60,966 nt of DNA from an uncultured Candidatus Saccharibacteria bacterium (GCA_964633865.1 CAZWIJ010000008.1:1-60966), one strand, 5' to 3'. Shown: positions 15,336 to 24,745, numbered from the stretch's first letter. The notes: a model not told the origin generated them from the sequence alone. Numbers and translations: made by a program.

Positions 15336-15362
15336 GACATAAAAAGGTTATAAGAATATAAT
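15334..15362 (+). promoter_or_regulatory. Consensus sigma70 promoter upstream of the ATP-grasp leader
   Basis: TTGACA at 15334-15339, a 17-nt spacer, and TATAAT at 15357-15362. Confidence 0.6.
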
Positions 15363-15420
15363 ATATAGGTGCATGATGTATATTGGTTTATCTCTGCTCC
15401 TGTTATCGAAATTTAGTAAA

Positions 15421-15455
15421 AATAGAGATGCTATACTCTCTATTTTTATTTTTAT
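15421..15455 (+). terminator. Intrinsic terminator/attenuator inside the 5' leader of the ATP-grasp gene
   Basis: AATAGAGA (15421-15428) pairs with TCTCTATT (15437-15444), followed by TTTATTTTTAT. It lies between the promoter and the ATG at 15499. Confidence 0.5.
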
Positions 15456-15498
15456 GAAAATTGTCTTTCAAATAATGAGTTTTTAACCACTAAGTAAA

Positions 15499-16326
15499 AT
15501 GTTAAACCATATTAAAGCCATAATTAAAGCCTGTGATAAATTAAATTTAGAGTATAATATACTACATAAATCTCAAAATGTATTAGAAATAAAAACACCT
15601 AAACAAAATCTTCTTTTCACAAATGGAATTACTCCTTTTAATAGTGAATCCGTCGCAAATATCTGTAGAGACAAAGATTTTACATATACTCTTTTTCATA
15701 ATGACTTAAACTTACCAAAAACAGTTAGTTTTTTTGATCCAAATGGAGGTGAAGAGTATAAAAGTTATATTGAATTTAAGAGTCATCAAATCATATGTGA
15801 GCAAATTATAAATCAATTTTCTTTTCCTGTAATAGTGAAAAGAAATTCTGGCTCACAAGGTAAAAATGTTTTTAAATGTACTTCCAAAAAAGAGATTCTC
15901 AAAGCTTTAGAATTAATTTTTGACAAAAAAAGTAATCAATATGATTATGTAGCTCTTGCTCAAGAATTTGTGAATATAAAAAGAGAATTTAGAATAATTT
16001 TATTCCAATCAAAGATAATGTTAGTTTATGAAAAAATTATTAATAATGCTAAGTTTGTAGGAAATTTAAGTCCTCTACATTGGGAGAAATCCAAAACTGA
16101 AGTTATTACTGATAAAGTTCTGATAAAAAGAATTCAAGAATCTATCAAATCAATGTCAAAATTTCCAGATTTTCAATATATTGGATTAGATATTGTTATT
16201 GATGATAAAGATAAATTTTGGATTATTGAACTAAATTCTCATCCAGGATATACAAAATTCTTAGAAGATAATGACGAGGAGCATTTAGTAAATATGTTTG
16301 AGAAAATACTAAAAAATTATATCTAA
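15499..16326 (+). CDS. ATP-grasp family ligase (RimK / glutathione-synthetase-like)
   Basis: 275 aa. FPVIVKRNSGSQGKNVF, REFRIILF and IGLDIVIDDKDKFWIIELNSHPG are typical ATP-grasp motifs. Confidence 0.65.
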   Translation: MLNHIKAIIKACDKLNLEYNILHKSQNVLEIKTPKQNLLFTNGITPFNSESVANICRDKDFTYTLFHNDLNLPKTVSFFDPNGGEEYKSYIEFKSHQIICEQIINQFSFPVIVKRNSGSQGKNVFKCTSKKEILKALELIFDKKSNQYDYVALAQEFVNIKREFRIILFQSKIMLVYEKIINNAKFVGNLSPLHWEKSKTEVITDKVLIKRIQESIKSMSKFPDFQYIGLDIVIDDKDKFWIIELNSHPGYTKFLEDNDEEHLVNMFEKILKNYI

Positions 16327-16342
16327 TTCTTTAATAAATAAA

Positions 16343-16371
16343 AGCTCTAACTTCAAATTGAAATTAGAGCT
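16343..16371. terminator. Hairpin between convergent genes
   Basis: AGCTCTAA (16343-16350) pairs with TTAGAGCT (16364-16371). The T-run is present only for the minus-strand transcript. Confidence 0.5.
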
Positions 16372-16395
16372 AAAAACTTAACTTAGGATAATATT

Positions 16396-16902
16396 TTACC
16401 CTTCTTTTCTATTAGAATTAATTGGAATAACATTATTTTTAATAGTATCTGTTTTCTTATTTAAAGAATTAAATATACTATTGATTAATAATACTGTAAA
16501 TATCATACCTATCTTTAATAAGGCATAATATGTTATCAAATAAGATGATCCTTCATCGTAATTTTTAAAATTTTCTGAAGTAACCATCACTAAAAATCCA
16601 ACAAAAAGGGCACTACTTATTAATGAAATTATTACAAATCCAAGAATTTCTCCAAAAAATTCTCCCGCTTCTTGTTTTACCAAATCATTATATATCGGCT
16701 TAGATTTTTTTAGGAAAAATAGAAATATCATTGTATAGTAAAATGTATTAACTATATAATAGGTAATTAAATTAAAAATTCCATCTGACAAATCCATCTT
16801 TGGAACTTGATTTCCTACCATATTTATTGTCACAATTAATCCAATCACATATACAAAAACAAACACATATTTTTTGATGTTCATATATTTTTTAAAGTGC
16901 AT
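16396..16902 (-). CDS. Integral membrane protein (168 aa, ~4 TM)
   Basis: Hydrophobic segments throughout. A TTGACA-17-TATACT promoter lies upstream on the minus strand (~16925-16955). Confidence 0.5.
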   Translation of the reverse strand: MHFKKYMNIKKYVFVFVYVIGLIVTINMVGNQVPKMDLSDGIFNLITYYIVNTFYYTMIFLFFLKKSKPIYNDLVKQEAGEFFGEILGFVIISLISSALFVGFLVMVTSENFKNYDEGSSYLITYYALLKIGMIFTVLLINSIFNSLNKKTDTIKNNVIPINSNRKEG

Positions 16903-16996
16903 TTTACTAAGACAGTATATAGGATAAATTTATTTCTGTCAATGGTTTTTGTCAAAGAATCAAGTGTCCATTGGATATTTTTAAAATAAAGTCTTA

Positions 16997-17060
16997 TTAC
17001 ACCAACAAACTTCCCAAAAATCATTTTTTCTGTTAAAATAAGTACATTATCATAAATAAA
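16997..17060 (+). promoter_or_regulatory. Conserved ~60-nt promoter/leader element, copy A
   Basis: TTACACCAACAAACTTCCCAAAAATCATTTTTTCTGTTAAAATAAGTACATTATCATAAATA, with an extended -10 TGtTAAAAT at 17031-17039. By eye it is about 90 % identical to 17493-17555. Confidence 0.55.
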
Positions 17061-17064
17061 CTCT

Positions 17065-17454
17065 ATGGAAAAAAGTAAAGCAGGTTCTATTATACTATCT
17101 GAAGATAAAAAATCTATATTACTTATTTATAGAGGAAAGCAACAAGATTATACATTTCCCAAAGGGCATGTTGAAGAAAATGAAAAACTAGAAGAAGCTA
17201 TGAGACGAGAAGTTCTAGAAGAAACTGGTCTTACTATAAAAGAAATTCTTGCTAAATTACCTCCTCTTATATATATTGATTCTTCAGATAAAAAAACCTC
17301 AACTTATTATTGGCTATGCTCTGCAACTGGTACACTTAAAATTGAAAAAGATGGAGATATCCTCGAATGGATTCCTATAAATGAAGTTAAAGATAAATTA
17401 AGCTATGAGAATCTAAAAGAATATTTTGAATCAATCAAGAGTTTTATTAAATAA
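17065..17454 (+). CDS. Nudix hydrolase
   Basis: 129 aa. Nudix box GHVEENEKLEEAMRREVLEETG. Confidence 0.8.
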   Translation: MEKSKAGSIILSEDKKSILLIYRGKQQDYTFPKGHVEENEKLEEAMRREVLEETGLTIKEILAKLPPLIYIDSSDKKTSTYYWLCSATGTLKIEKDGDILEWIPINEVKDKLSYENLKEYFESIKSFIK

Positions 17455-17492
17455 ATATTTAAATTCCATAAAACACTTTTTTATAATATTTC

Positions 17493-17555
17493 TTACACCT
17501 CCCAAACTTCCCAAAAACCATTTTTTCTGTTAGAATAAATACATTATTATAAATA
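17493..17555 (+). promoter_or_regulatory. Conserved ~60-nt promoter/leader element, copy B (valS)
   Basis: TTACACCTCCCAAACTTCCCAAAAACCATTTTTTCTGTTAGAATAAATACATTATTATAAATA, with an extended -10 TGtTAGAAT at 17528-17536. Confidence 0.55.
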
Positions 17556-17570
17556 TGTTTCACAACTAAT

Positions 17571-19922
17571 ATGAGTCTACCTAACAAATATGAACCAAAA
17601 ATTCAAGAAAATATCTGGAGAGATTTTTGGGACAAAGAAAAAATCTATAAATTTGATGAGAAATCCACAAAACCAATTTTTTCAGTAGATACTCCACCAC
17701 CTTATGTCTCAGCTGATCATCTCCACCCTGGGCATATTATGAGTTATTCTCAAGCTGAATTTGTAGTTAGGTTCAAAAGAATGCAAGGATTCAATGTTTT
17801 TTATCCTATGGGATTTGACGATAATGGACTACCAACTGAAAGACATATTGAAAAAAAATATAAAATCAATAAAAACTCTATCTCAAGACCTGACTTTGTA
17901 AAACTTTGTTTAGAAGAGACACAACAAGGAGCTAAGAATTATAAAGAACTTTGGGAGCTAATGGGAATATCCGTAGATTGGACAAAAACCTACTCTACCA
18001 TCAATCCTCATTCTCAAAAAATAGCTCAATGGTCATTCCTAGATTTATATCAAAAAGGATATTTAGAGAGAAGAGAAGATCCAATTATGTGGGATATTTC
18101 CTTCCAATCTGCCCTAGCTCAAACTGATCTTGAAGATGATGAACAACAATCTTTCCTCAACGATATAGAATTTTTATCAGAAAATGGAGAAAAACTTATT
18201 ATATCTACCACCAGACCAGAATTAATTCCTGCTTGTGTAGCTTTGTTTTGTAATCCAAATGATGAAAGGTACAAGCACTTAATAGGCAAAAAAGCTATCA
18301 CTCCTATTCTAAATCAAGAAGTACCAATTATGACTGATGAGGCTGTGGATATTGAATTTGGAACTGGACTTATGATGGTTTGTACTTGGGGAGATGCCGA
18401 GGACATTTTGAAATGGAAAACTCACAAGTTAGAAACAAAAGCTATACTAAAAGAAAATGGAGTAGTGAATGAACTCGGAGGAATATACGAAGGAATCCAT
18501 ATCTCCAAATTAAGAAAAATTATCCTAGAAGACCTAACCAAAGAGAATAAATTAATCTCACAAAAAGAAATTACCCATACCGTGCAAGTATCCGAAAGAT
18601 CTGGTGTCAATGTAGAATTTATCAAGACCAAACAATGGTTTATCAATATCACTCAATATAAAACAGAACTCTTGGAGCAAGCCCAAAAATTAAACTGGCA
18701 TCCAAAGAGAATGTTTAGTATTTATCAAGATTGGGTTACTTCCCTAAAGTGGGATTGGTGTATCTCTCGCCAAAGATATTATGGGGTCCCTCTTCCAGTT
18801 TGGTATCACAAAGAAACAGGCGAAATTATTTTACCAAAAGAAGATGAGTTACCAGTAGATCCAACCACTTATACTCCAAAAGGTTATAATCCTGAAGATT
18901 TGGTAGCCGAAGAAGATGTTATGGATACTTGGATGACTTCTTCCCTATCCCCTATGATTGGAGCTGGTTTGGTAGAAGACAAATCTGTTCAAGCTCAATT
19001 ATATCCTTCCACTCTTAGGCCTCAAGCCTTTGAAATTATCCGAACTTGGCTATTTTATACTGTAACAAAATCTCTTTTCCATCACAAAAGTTTACCTTTT
19101 AGGGATGTTATGATTTCAGGACATGGACTAGATAAAGCAGGTAAAAAAATCTCAAAGAGATTAGGTAATTATACTCCTCCCCAAAAAACAATTGAACTCT
19201 ATGGAGCTGATGCTTTCAGATTCTGGGCTACTGGTACTACTCTTGGTGAGAATATAAGGTTCAATGAAGATGAAATCAAAAAAGGTAAAAAGACTGTTAA
19301 TAAACTTTTCAATGCTTCAAAATTCTTAGAAATGCATCTTGGTGATTTTGATCCTAAATCTAAGGTTAGTCTAGAAAATTCTGACAAATGGATTCTGGAT
19401 GAACTTAATCAGACCATCAAAAAAGCTACTGAGAGCTTCGAGTCTTATGAATATTTCCGAGCGAGAAGTGCGGTTGATACTTTCTTCTGGAGTGTTTTTA
19501 CCGATAATTATTTAGAATTTATCAAGTACAGATTATACGGTGAAGACAAGGATCCCAAAGAATCTGCTTTATATACTCTTTACAATGTCTTGCTTGCGAT
19601 TATTAAGCTTTATGCTCCTATTTTGCCTTTTATTACTGAAGAAATTTATCAAGGTATTTATGCAAAATTTGAAGATGCAAAGAGTATTCATCTTTCCGCT
19701 TGGCCTGTTGTGGATTCAACCTTAGATTTAAGTGAAGAGAAGAGATTAGAGTTTGAAGAGGTTTTGAAATTTGTGGAACAGATTAGAGCTTATAAGTCTC
19801 AAAATTCTATTTCTCTTGGTAAAAATATTGAGTCTTTTGAGATTAAATCTAATATTGATTTGAGTGAGTATAAAGAGTTTTTTGAAAAAGCTTTGAGAGT
19901 TGATGATGTGAGGTTTGGGTAG
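17571..19922 (+). CDS. valS: Valine--tRNA ligase
   Basis: 783 aa class Ia aaRS. TPPPYVSADHLHPGH (HIGH-type motif), PMGFDDNGLPTE, and KISKRLGN (KMSKS motif). The pattern matches the archaeal/actinobacterial-type ValRS as I recall it. Confidence 0.8.
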   Translation: MSLPNKYEPKIQENIWRDFWDKEKIYKFDEKSTKPIFSVDTPPPYVSADHLHPGHIMSYSQAEFVVRFKRMQGFNVFYPMGFDDNGLPTERHIEKKYKINKNSISRPDFVKLCLEETQQGAKNYKELWELMGISVDWTKTYSTINPHSQKIAQWSFLDLYQKGYLERREDPIMWDISFQSALAQTDLEDDEQQSFLNDIEFLSENGEKLIISTTRPELIPACVALFCNPNDERYKHLIGKKAITPILNQEVPIMTDEAVDIEFGTGLMMVCTWGDAEDILKWKTHKLETKAILKENGVVNELGGIYEGIHISKLRKIILEDLTKENKLISQKEITHTVQVSERSGVNVEFIKTKQWFINITQYKTELLEQAQKLNWHPKRMFSIYQDWVTSLKWDWCISRQRYYGVPLPVWYHKETGEIILPKEDELPVDPTTYTPKGYNPEDLVAEEDVMDTWMTSSLSPMIGAGLVEDKSVQAQLYPSTLRPQAFEIIRTWLFYTVTKSLFHHKSLPFRDVMISGHGLDKAGKKISKRLGNYTPPQKTIELYGADAFRFWATGTTLGENIRFNEDEIKKGKKTVNKLFNASKFLEMHLGDFDPKSKVSLENSDKWILDELNQTIKKATESFESYEYFRARSAVDTFFWSVFTDNYLEFIKYRLYGEDKDPKESALYTLYNVLLAIIKLYAPILPFITEEIYQGIYAKFEDAKSIHLSAWPVVDSTLDLSEEKRLEFEEVLKFVEQIRAYKSQNSISLGKNIESFEIKSNIDLSEYKEFFEKALRVDDVRFG

Positions 19923-21395
19923 ATGATGGATAATATACTAAATATTTTACATGCGATAGAAAAATTTATCCAAAGTAATCATTTTGATATCTCTATTTTT
20001 CAAAATTTATTTATAGCTTTACTCACAATCTTAATTCCTATTTCTTTATATATCCTGCAAGAAAAAGATTTTTCTTTTGAATGGGAAAAATTAGCTATAA
20101 TAGATAAAATCATAAAATTTAAAGAACTTATATCTTATACTATTATATTTTTCCTTTCTCTTTTACTTATAAAAATTGATATCTCTATTTTTATCTTTTC
20201 ATATTTACTTATTATTATTTCCATTTATAAAGTTCTTAAAATTATTACAAATTCTTTAAAATGGATTTTGGATATATATGGTGGGGATTTTAGATTCAAC
20301 ATTAGAAAAAAATATATTGAAAAGTTGCCTTATGATAAAAAGCTAGATTTTTGGAAAATGACTTGGAGTAAAGACATTTTAGATTCTAGATTTGAAAAGT
20401 TTTTGCTCAATAATTTCTTTGGTGATTCAGGTGATTTAGATAAATTATATAAAAATAAAAATCTTGATTTGTATAGAAATTATCTAAAAATATTCTCTGA
20501 TAATTTTTTGAATAAATTAAATTCATCAATAGATAAATCTATATCAGATAAAAAAGATCATTTATATCTAATTGATTTTAATTGGCAAATATATTTAGAA
20601 AAAACCATTACACATCATAAAACCCTATCTATTTCATCACATGAAGAAAAAGTCTTTGATGGAGTAAATTTTTATGCTTTATTTAATTTTACCCATAGTA
20701 TATTATCTAAATCTTATTTATACCCTATATATATTAATGATTTTTTTAATATAATGAAAGAAGACCCTTCAATTTTTAAAGAAACTTATCCTGAAATATT
20801 TTATGATTTCTTCAAAGCCATAATGTCATTTGAATTTAAACCAGAAGAGGCACATCGTGATTTTTATTTAAATACTGAACATAAAATTACTTTACTAAAT
20901 TACAATGAAGAGTTCCAACAATCTATATTTAATAATTTCACGGAATACATAAAAAACAATTATATAAGACCACTTATTAGTTTTGGTTATTATCCTGAGA
21001 AAAAGAGCTCTCGTGAAATTTTAGAAAATATATTGAAAATTTGGCAAACATTATCTGGAGAAAAATATACTATTGATAAAAAAATAATTCTATTTGACTT
21101 TATTTTAATATTGAAAATTTCAGACTTTATTATAAGTCAAAAAGAATTCGATACAAAACTTCTCAAAGATTTATATCAAGATCTAAGTAAAAATGTATAT
21201 ATAACCGACCCTACTATTGTTTATATTGGAGATTCCGATCCAAGTAGAAAAGAAGAAATACAATATACTAGACAGATATTAAGTGCTTTTTGCATTTTAA
21301 ATGATACCTTTAAAAATTCTATGCAAAATTTAAAAAATTCCAAGGATGAAAAACTTAAAAAAATATATAATCGGTTGGAAGACTATTTGGATTGA
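19923..21395 (+). CDS. Hypothetical membrane-anchored protein (490 aa)
   Basis: The ATG abuts the valS stop (TAGATG). There are three N-terminal hydrophobic segments. No motif recognised. Confidence 0.55.
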   Translation: MMDNILNILHAIEKFIQSNHFDISIFQNLFIALLTILIPISLYILQEKDFSFEWEKLAIIDKIIKFKELISYTIIFFLSLLLIKIDISIFIFSYLLIIISIYKVLKIITNSLKWILDIYGGDFRFNIRKKYIEKLPYDKKLDFWKMTWSKDILDSRFEKFLLNNFFGDSGDLDKLYKNKNLDLYRNYLKIFSDNFLNKLNSSIDKSISDKKDHLYLIDFNWQIYLEKTITHHKTLSISSHEEKVFDGVNFYALFNFTHSILSKSYLYPIYINDFFNIMKEDPSIFKETYPEIFYDFFKAIMSFEFKPEEAHRDFYLNTEHKITLLNYNEEFQQSIFNNFTEYIKNNYIRPLISFGYYPEKKSSREILENILKIWQTLSGEKYTIDKKIILFDFILILKISDFIISQKEFDTKLLKDLYQDLSKNVYITDPTIVYIGDSDPSRKEEIQYTRQILSAFCILNDTFKNSMQNLKNSKDEKLKKIYNRLEDYLD

Positions 21396-21437
21396 TTCTA
21401 TGAGATGAATAAATATTATTATGAAAACTAAATATGT

Positions 21438-22103
21438 ATGTTACAATTATATATAATAAATTATATTAAGAGCTATGAACAAATCCTTTTATTCGTTGAT
21501 TTTAATGGAGTTATATCATATGATCCTTTTTGGAAGTCTTTGTTAGATAAAAACCATATATTAAATAGGGATCTTCAAAGAATTGAGGATTTTGTGTTTA
21601 AAGAAAATTTTGATTTGATTTTAGACTGGATGGTAGGAAAATACAATAGTGAAGATATACATAAAATTATTTCTAAAGAGTTAGATATAGATTATACATT
21701 ATTATTTGATAATTTTGTATCCGATTGTAAGAAAATTGATATATCAGAAAAAATACTAAATAAACTAAAATCAATCAAGAGTAATTATGTATTAATTTTA
21801 GCTACAGGTAATATGGATAGTTTTGATAGATTTACCCTACCAAATAATAAATATTTATATAATATTTTCGATGAAATACATAATTCATTTAATTTTGGAT
21901 TATTAAAAACAACAAATAATGGAGAATATTTTAAAAAGATTATAAAAAAATATAATTTAAATCCAAAAAACTCTTATTTGATTGATGATTCTAATTCTAC
22001 TTGTAAAATTTTTTCTGATTTAGGAGGCACTTCTTTTAGAACTAAAACTGAAAATGATGTTTTAGATATTATATCTAATAAATTATCCCTTCCAATCATA
22101 TAA
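21438..22103 (+). CDS. HAD-superfamily-like hydrolase (weak)
   Basis: 221 aa. LLFVDFNGVISYD (DxxGV motif I-like) and LIDDSNS (motif IV-like). Confidence 0.4.
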   Translation: MLQLYIINYIKSYEQILLFVDFNGVISYDPFWKSLLDKNHILNRDLQRIEDFVFKENFDLILDWMVGKYNSEDIHKIISKELDIDYTLLFDNFVSDCKKIDISEKILNKLKSIKSNYVLILATGNMDSFDRFTLPNNKYLYNIFDEIHNSFNFGLLKTTNNGEYFKKIIKKYNLNPKNSYLIDDSNSTCKIFSDLGGTSFRTKTENDVLDIISNKLSLPII

Positions 22104-22634
22104 ATCTACAATCTCATAAACTTCATTTAATGCTTTCAAATCACTTGGAAATCTTTCTGGTCTTTTTGCCACTTCATTTCTAATCCAATATGCATCTATA
22201 CCACTATCTTTAGCTGCTTGATAATCATAAAAATACGAATCACCAATCATAAGTGCTTGGTCTTTCTCAATCCCCATACTTTTAATTACTCTCAAAATAA
22301 CATTTGTTTTATCCATCGGATCATCTCCTAAAGAAGAGTGATAAGAAGTAAAAAAATTAAGAATATTAAAGTACTCTAATTTTTCTAAGAGTTCTGGTTC
22401 TGCAATTTCAGGAGGTTCAGGATTTGCAGAAACAAGGACAAATTGAACTCCAGATGAATGAAGAGTTTCTAAAGTTTCAATGATTTTTGGAGCTAGTTCC
22501 ATGTGCTCAAGATAATTTTCTTTTGTTTTTAGATCATGATATATCCAATGAGGTTTTTGAGTTCTTTTGGTAGATTTAGGGTACCAAATTGTTCCGTCTC
22601 CATCTAAAAAGACAACTTTTTTATATGATTTCAT
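22083..22634 (-). CDS. HAD-superfamily phosphatase
   Basis: 183 aa. VVFLDGDGTIW (DxDGT motif I), LVSANP, and MIGDSYFYDYQAAKDSG. Confidence 0.7.
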   Translation of the reverse strand: MKSYKKVVFLDGDGTIWYPKSTKRTQKPHWIYHDLKTKENYLEHMELAPKIIETLETLHSSGVQFVLVSANPEPPEIAEPELLEKLEYFNILNFFTSYHSSLGDDPMDKTNVILRVIKSMGIEKDQALMIGDSYFYDYQAAKDSGIDAYWIRNEVAKRPERFPSDLKALNEVYEIVDLYDWKG

Positions 22635-22672
22635 AAATGTATAAATTATATTATTCTAAAAATTTTTATCCC

Positions 22673-23122
22673 CTATTCCCAACCTGATTCACTATAAAAA
22701 ATTTTATTTCTTATACCATCAATTGCTTGTTTGATATATGGAATAACATTGTGAGGAATATTATCTAAATCAAACCAAGACAAATCATCGCATTTATGAG
22801 GTTCTCTATTTTCAATTTCACCATCCCATTTCTCAGCTATGAAAAACACATCCACTCTCTCATTATTTTCAATATCTCCAGAATTTCTATGCATTACATG
22901 AACCACTTTTAAATCTTCTGGCTTTATTAGGATTCCTGCCTCTTCTTCGGCTTCTCTTATTATGCATTGAGTAAATGTTTCATTCGGCTCGACATGTCCA
23001 GCTACCATAGAATATTTACCATCTTCATATCCTGTATTGAATCTTCTCAGAAGTAAGATTTTATTATCTCTAAATAAAGTTAGATACGAAGCAGGAATAT
23101 TATGATGTCTTTCTTTGCTCAT
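22673..23122 (-). CDS. Nudix hydrolase
   Basis: 149 aa. Nudix box GHVEPNETFTQCIIREAEEEAG. Confidence 0.8.
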   Translation of the reverse strand: MSKERHHNIPASYLTLFRDNKILLLRRFNTGYEDGKYSMVAGHVEPNETFTQCIIREAEEEAGILIKPEDLKVVHVMHRNSGDIENNERVDVFFIAEKWDGEIENREPHKCDDLSWFDLDNIPHNVIPYIKQAIDGIRNKIFYSESGWE

Positions 23123-23209
23123 AAATAATTATGTTATTTGATTTATAATTGGACTATACCTATATTTTACTCTATTTATACAGATTATTCTAGTCTAGAT
23201 AACTAAACC

Positions 23210-23238
23210 TTGCACTCTCAATTTATCAGTGTTAGAAT
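23210..23238 (+). promoter_or_regulatory. Promoter (TTGCAC-17-TAGAAT with a TG extension)
   Basis: TTGCAC at 23210-23215, TG at 23230-23231, and TAGAAT at 23233-23238. The -10 ends directly at the ORF-track ATG (23239), so that start is unlikely. Confidence 0.5.
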
Positions 23239-23265
23239 ATGATTATAATAATGATTTTTAATTTT

Positions 23266-23793
23266 ATGTGGAAGACAATCTCATCAAAAGAAATTTTTCG
23301 TCACCCTCGTCTAACCTTGATCGAGGATGAGGTTATTTTACCTAATGGTCTTAAAACCAAATATTTAAAATATAAAGATGATGGTAGTTGCGGAGTTACT
23401 ATTATTGCTAAAAGAAAAGATGGTAAAATTCTTTTACAAACTGAATATTCATATCCTCCAAACCAAAAACTGTTTCAATTTCCAGGAGGGCTTGTGAATC
23501 CAGATGAAAATCCTGAAATCGGTGGAAACCGTGAATTAATGGAAGAAGCCAATCTAAAAGCTAATCAACTTGAATTACTTGGTTCATATTTATTCAATAA
23601 TCGTCGTTCAGTAAAGAAAATGTTTATTTATTTAGCAACCGATCTAGAAGAAAAATCCTTGGAAGGAGATCCTGAAGAAGATATCGAAAGTTTTTGGTTT
23701 ACTGAAGATGAAATTTCACAAAAGATCAAAAATGACGAAATCCAAAACTGTCATGTTCTAACCGCTTGGTGTTTATATAAAATTAAAAAGTAA
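23266..23793 (+). CDS. Nudix hydrolase (ADP-ribose pyrophosphatase-like)
   Basis: Nudix box GGLVNPDENPEIGGNRELMEEANL. The start at 23266 (MWKTISSKEIF) is preferred over 23239 because of the promoter position; 23251 is also possible. Confidence 0.75.
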   Translation: MWKTISSKEIFRHPRLTLIEDEVILPNGLKTKYLKYKDDGSCGVTIIAKRKDGKILLQTEYSYPPNQKLFQFPGGLVNPDENPEIGGNRELMEEANLKANQLELLGSYLFNNRRSVKKMFIYLATDLEEKSLEGDPEEDIESFWFTEDEISQKIKNDEIQNCHVLTAWCLYKIKK

Positions 23794-23797
23794 ATTT

Positions 23798-24364
23798 ATG
23801 ATAATAGAATTCAAAGATCAGCTGATAGGAAATAGATTAATTCTAAAAAGAACAAAACCTACTTTAGAAATGGCTAAAGCTATGTTTAGGGTAGTAGATC
23901 AAAATCGTAAACATTTGGAGGATTGGTTACCTTGGGTAAAATTAACCTTGAAGGTAGAAGATAGTCTAAAATATTTATTTGACAAAGAAGAAGAAATAAA
24001 AAAAGGAACTAAAGTTGGATATGGGTTATTTCTAAAAGATGAATATATAGGAGACATATCGATTTTTGATATTGATGAAAAAAACAAATCCGCTGAAATT
24101 GGTTATTGGTTATCTTCCTCTTATCTCAGAAATGGATACATGACAGAAGCTGTAGGAATACTTGAAAAAGAAGCTTTTGAGGAAATTGGATTAAACAGGA
24201 TCCAGATAAGATGTGATGAAAGAAACAAGGCTTCTGCTGGAGTAGCTAAAAAATGTGGTTACACATATGAAGGTAAATTAAGAGAAGATGCTTTTAGTGA
24301 TGTTTTTAATGATTTTAGAAATACATTAATTTTTTCTAAATTGAAATCTGAATATAGAAAATAA
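23798..24364 (+). CDS. GNAT N-acetyltransferase (RimJ/RimL-like)
   Basis: 188 aa. AEIGYWLSSSYLRNGYMTEAVGIL, RIQIRCDERNKASAGVAKKCGYTYEG. Confidence 0.75.
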   Translation: MIIEFKDQLIGNRLILKRTKPTLEMAKAMFRVVDQNRKHLEDWLPWVKLTLKVEDSLKYLFDKEEEIKKGTKVGYGLFLKDEYIGDISIFDIDEKNKSAEIGYWLSSSYLRNGYMTEAVGILEKEAFEEIGLNRIQIRCDERNKASAGVAKKCGYTYEGKLREDAFSDVFNDFRNTLIFSKLKSEYRK

Positions 24365-24414
24365 TAATTTATATAAGTTTTTTATTCAATTTTCATACAA
24401 TTTGTAAACAAACC

Positions 24415-24443
24415 TTGACAAATTTAAAACAATACTTTATAAT
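24415..24443 (+). promoter_or_regulatory. Consensus sigma70 promoter
   Basis: TTGACA at 24415-24420, a 17-nt spacer, and TATAAT at 24438-24443. Confidence 0.6.
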
Positions 24444-24474
24444 TTAAATTGCACATCCAAAAACCATGTGAATT

Positions 24475-24720
24475 ATGAGAAATTTAAAAATTGACGAGAT
24501 CAATAATCTAGCTTATTTTAATATAACTCAAGAAGAGTTTTTTAATCTCTTAAAAGAGTTAACAAGAGGTCAAGTTATTTAGTACAAAGTATCTCAAGTT
24601 CAATTACCCTTTACACTTGAGAATACTTATAGATTAGAAATCTATAAAAATACTCCTTCCCATAAATTCATAGTCGAAAGTATTGGAGTTAACTTAATGG
24701 AACTTGGATATACTTGCTAA
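24475..24720 (+). pseudogene. 81-codon frame with a single in-frame TAG (24580-24582)
   Basis: Hand translation gives MRNLKIDEINNLAYFNITQEEFFNLLKELTRGQVI*YKVSQVQLPFTLENTYRLEIYKNTPSHKFIVESIGVNLMELGYTC*. The frame is bracketed by a consensus promoter and a terminator. Confidence 0.4.
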
Positions 24721-24745
24721 ATTTAGATAATTAAAATTTTAACCA

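Noticed and set aside
15373-15486. 37-codon hydrophobic ORF in the ATP-grasp leader as a graspetide-type precursor
   Set aside because: The sequence is Leu/Ile/Phe-rich. It lacks the Thr/Ser plus Asp/Glu-rich core expected for ATP-grasp-modified RiPPs. It is more plausibly non-coding leader RNA, or at most a regulatory leader peptide.
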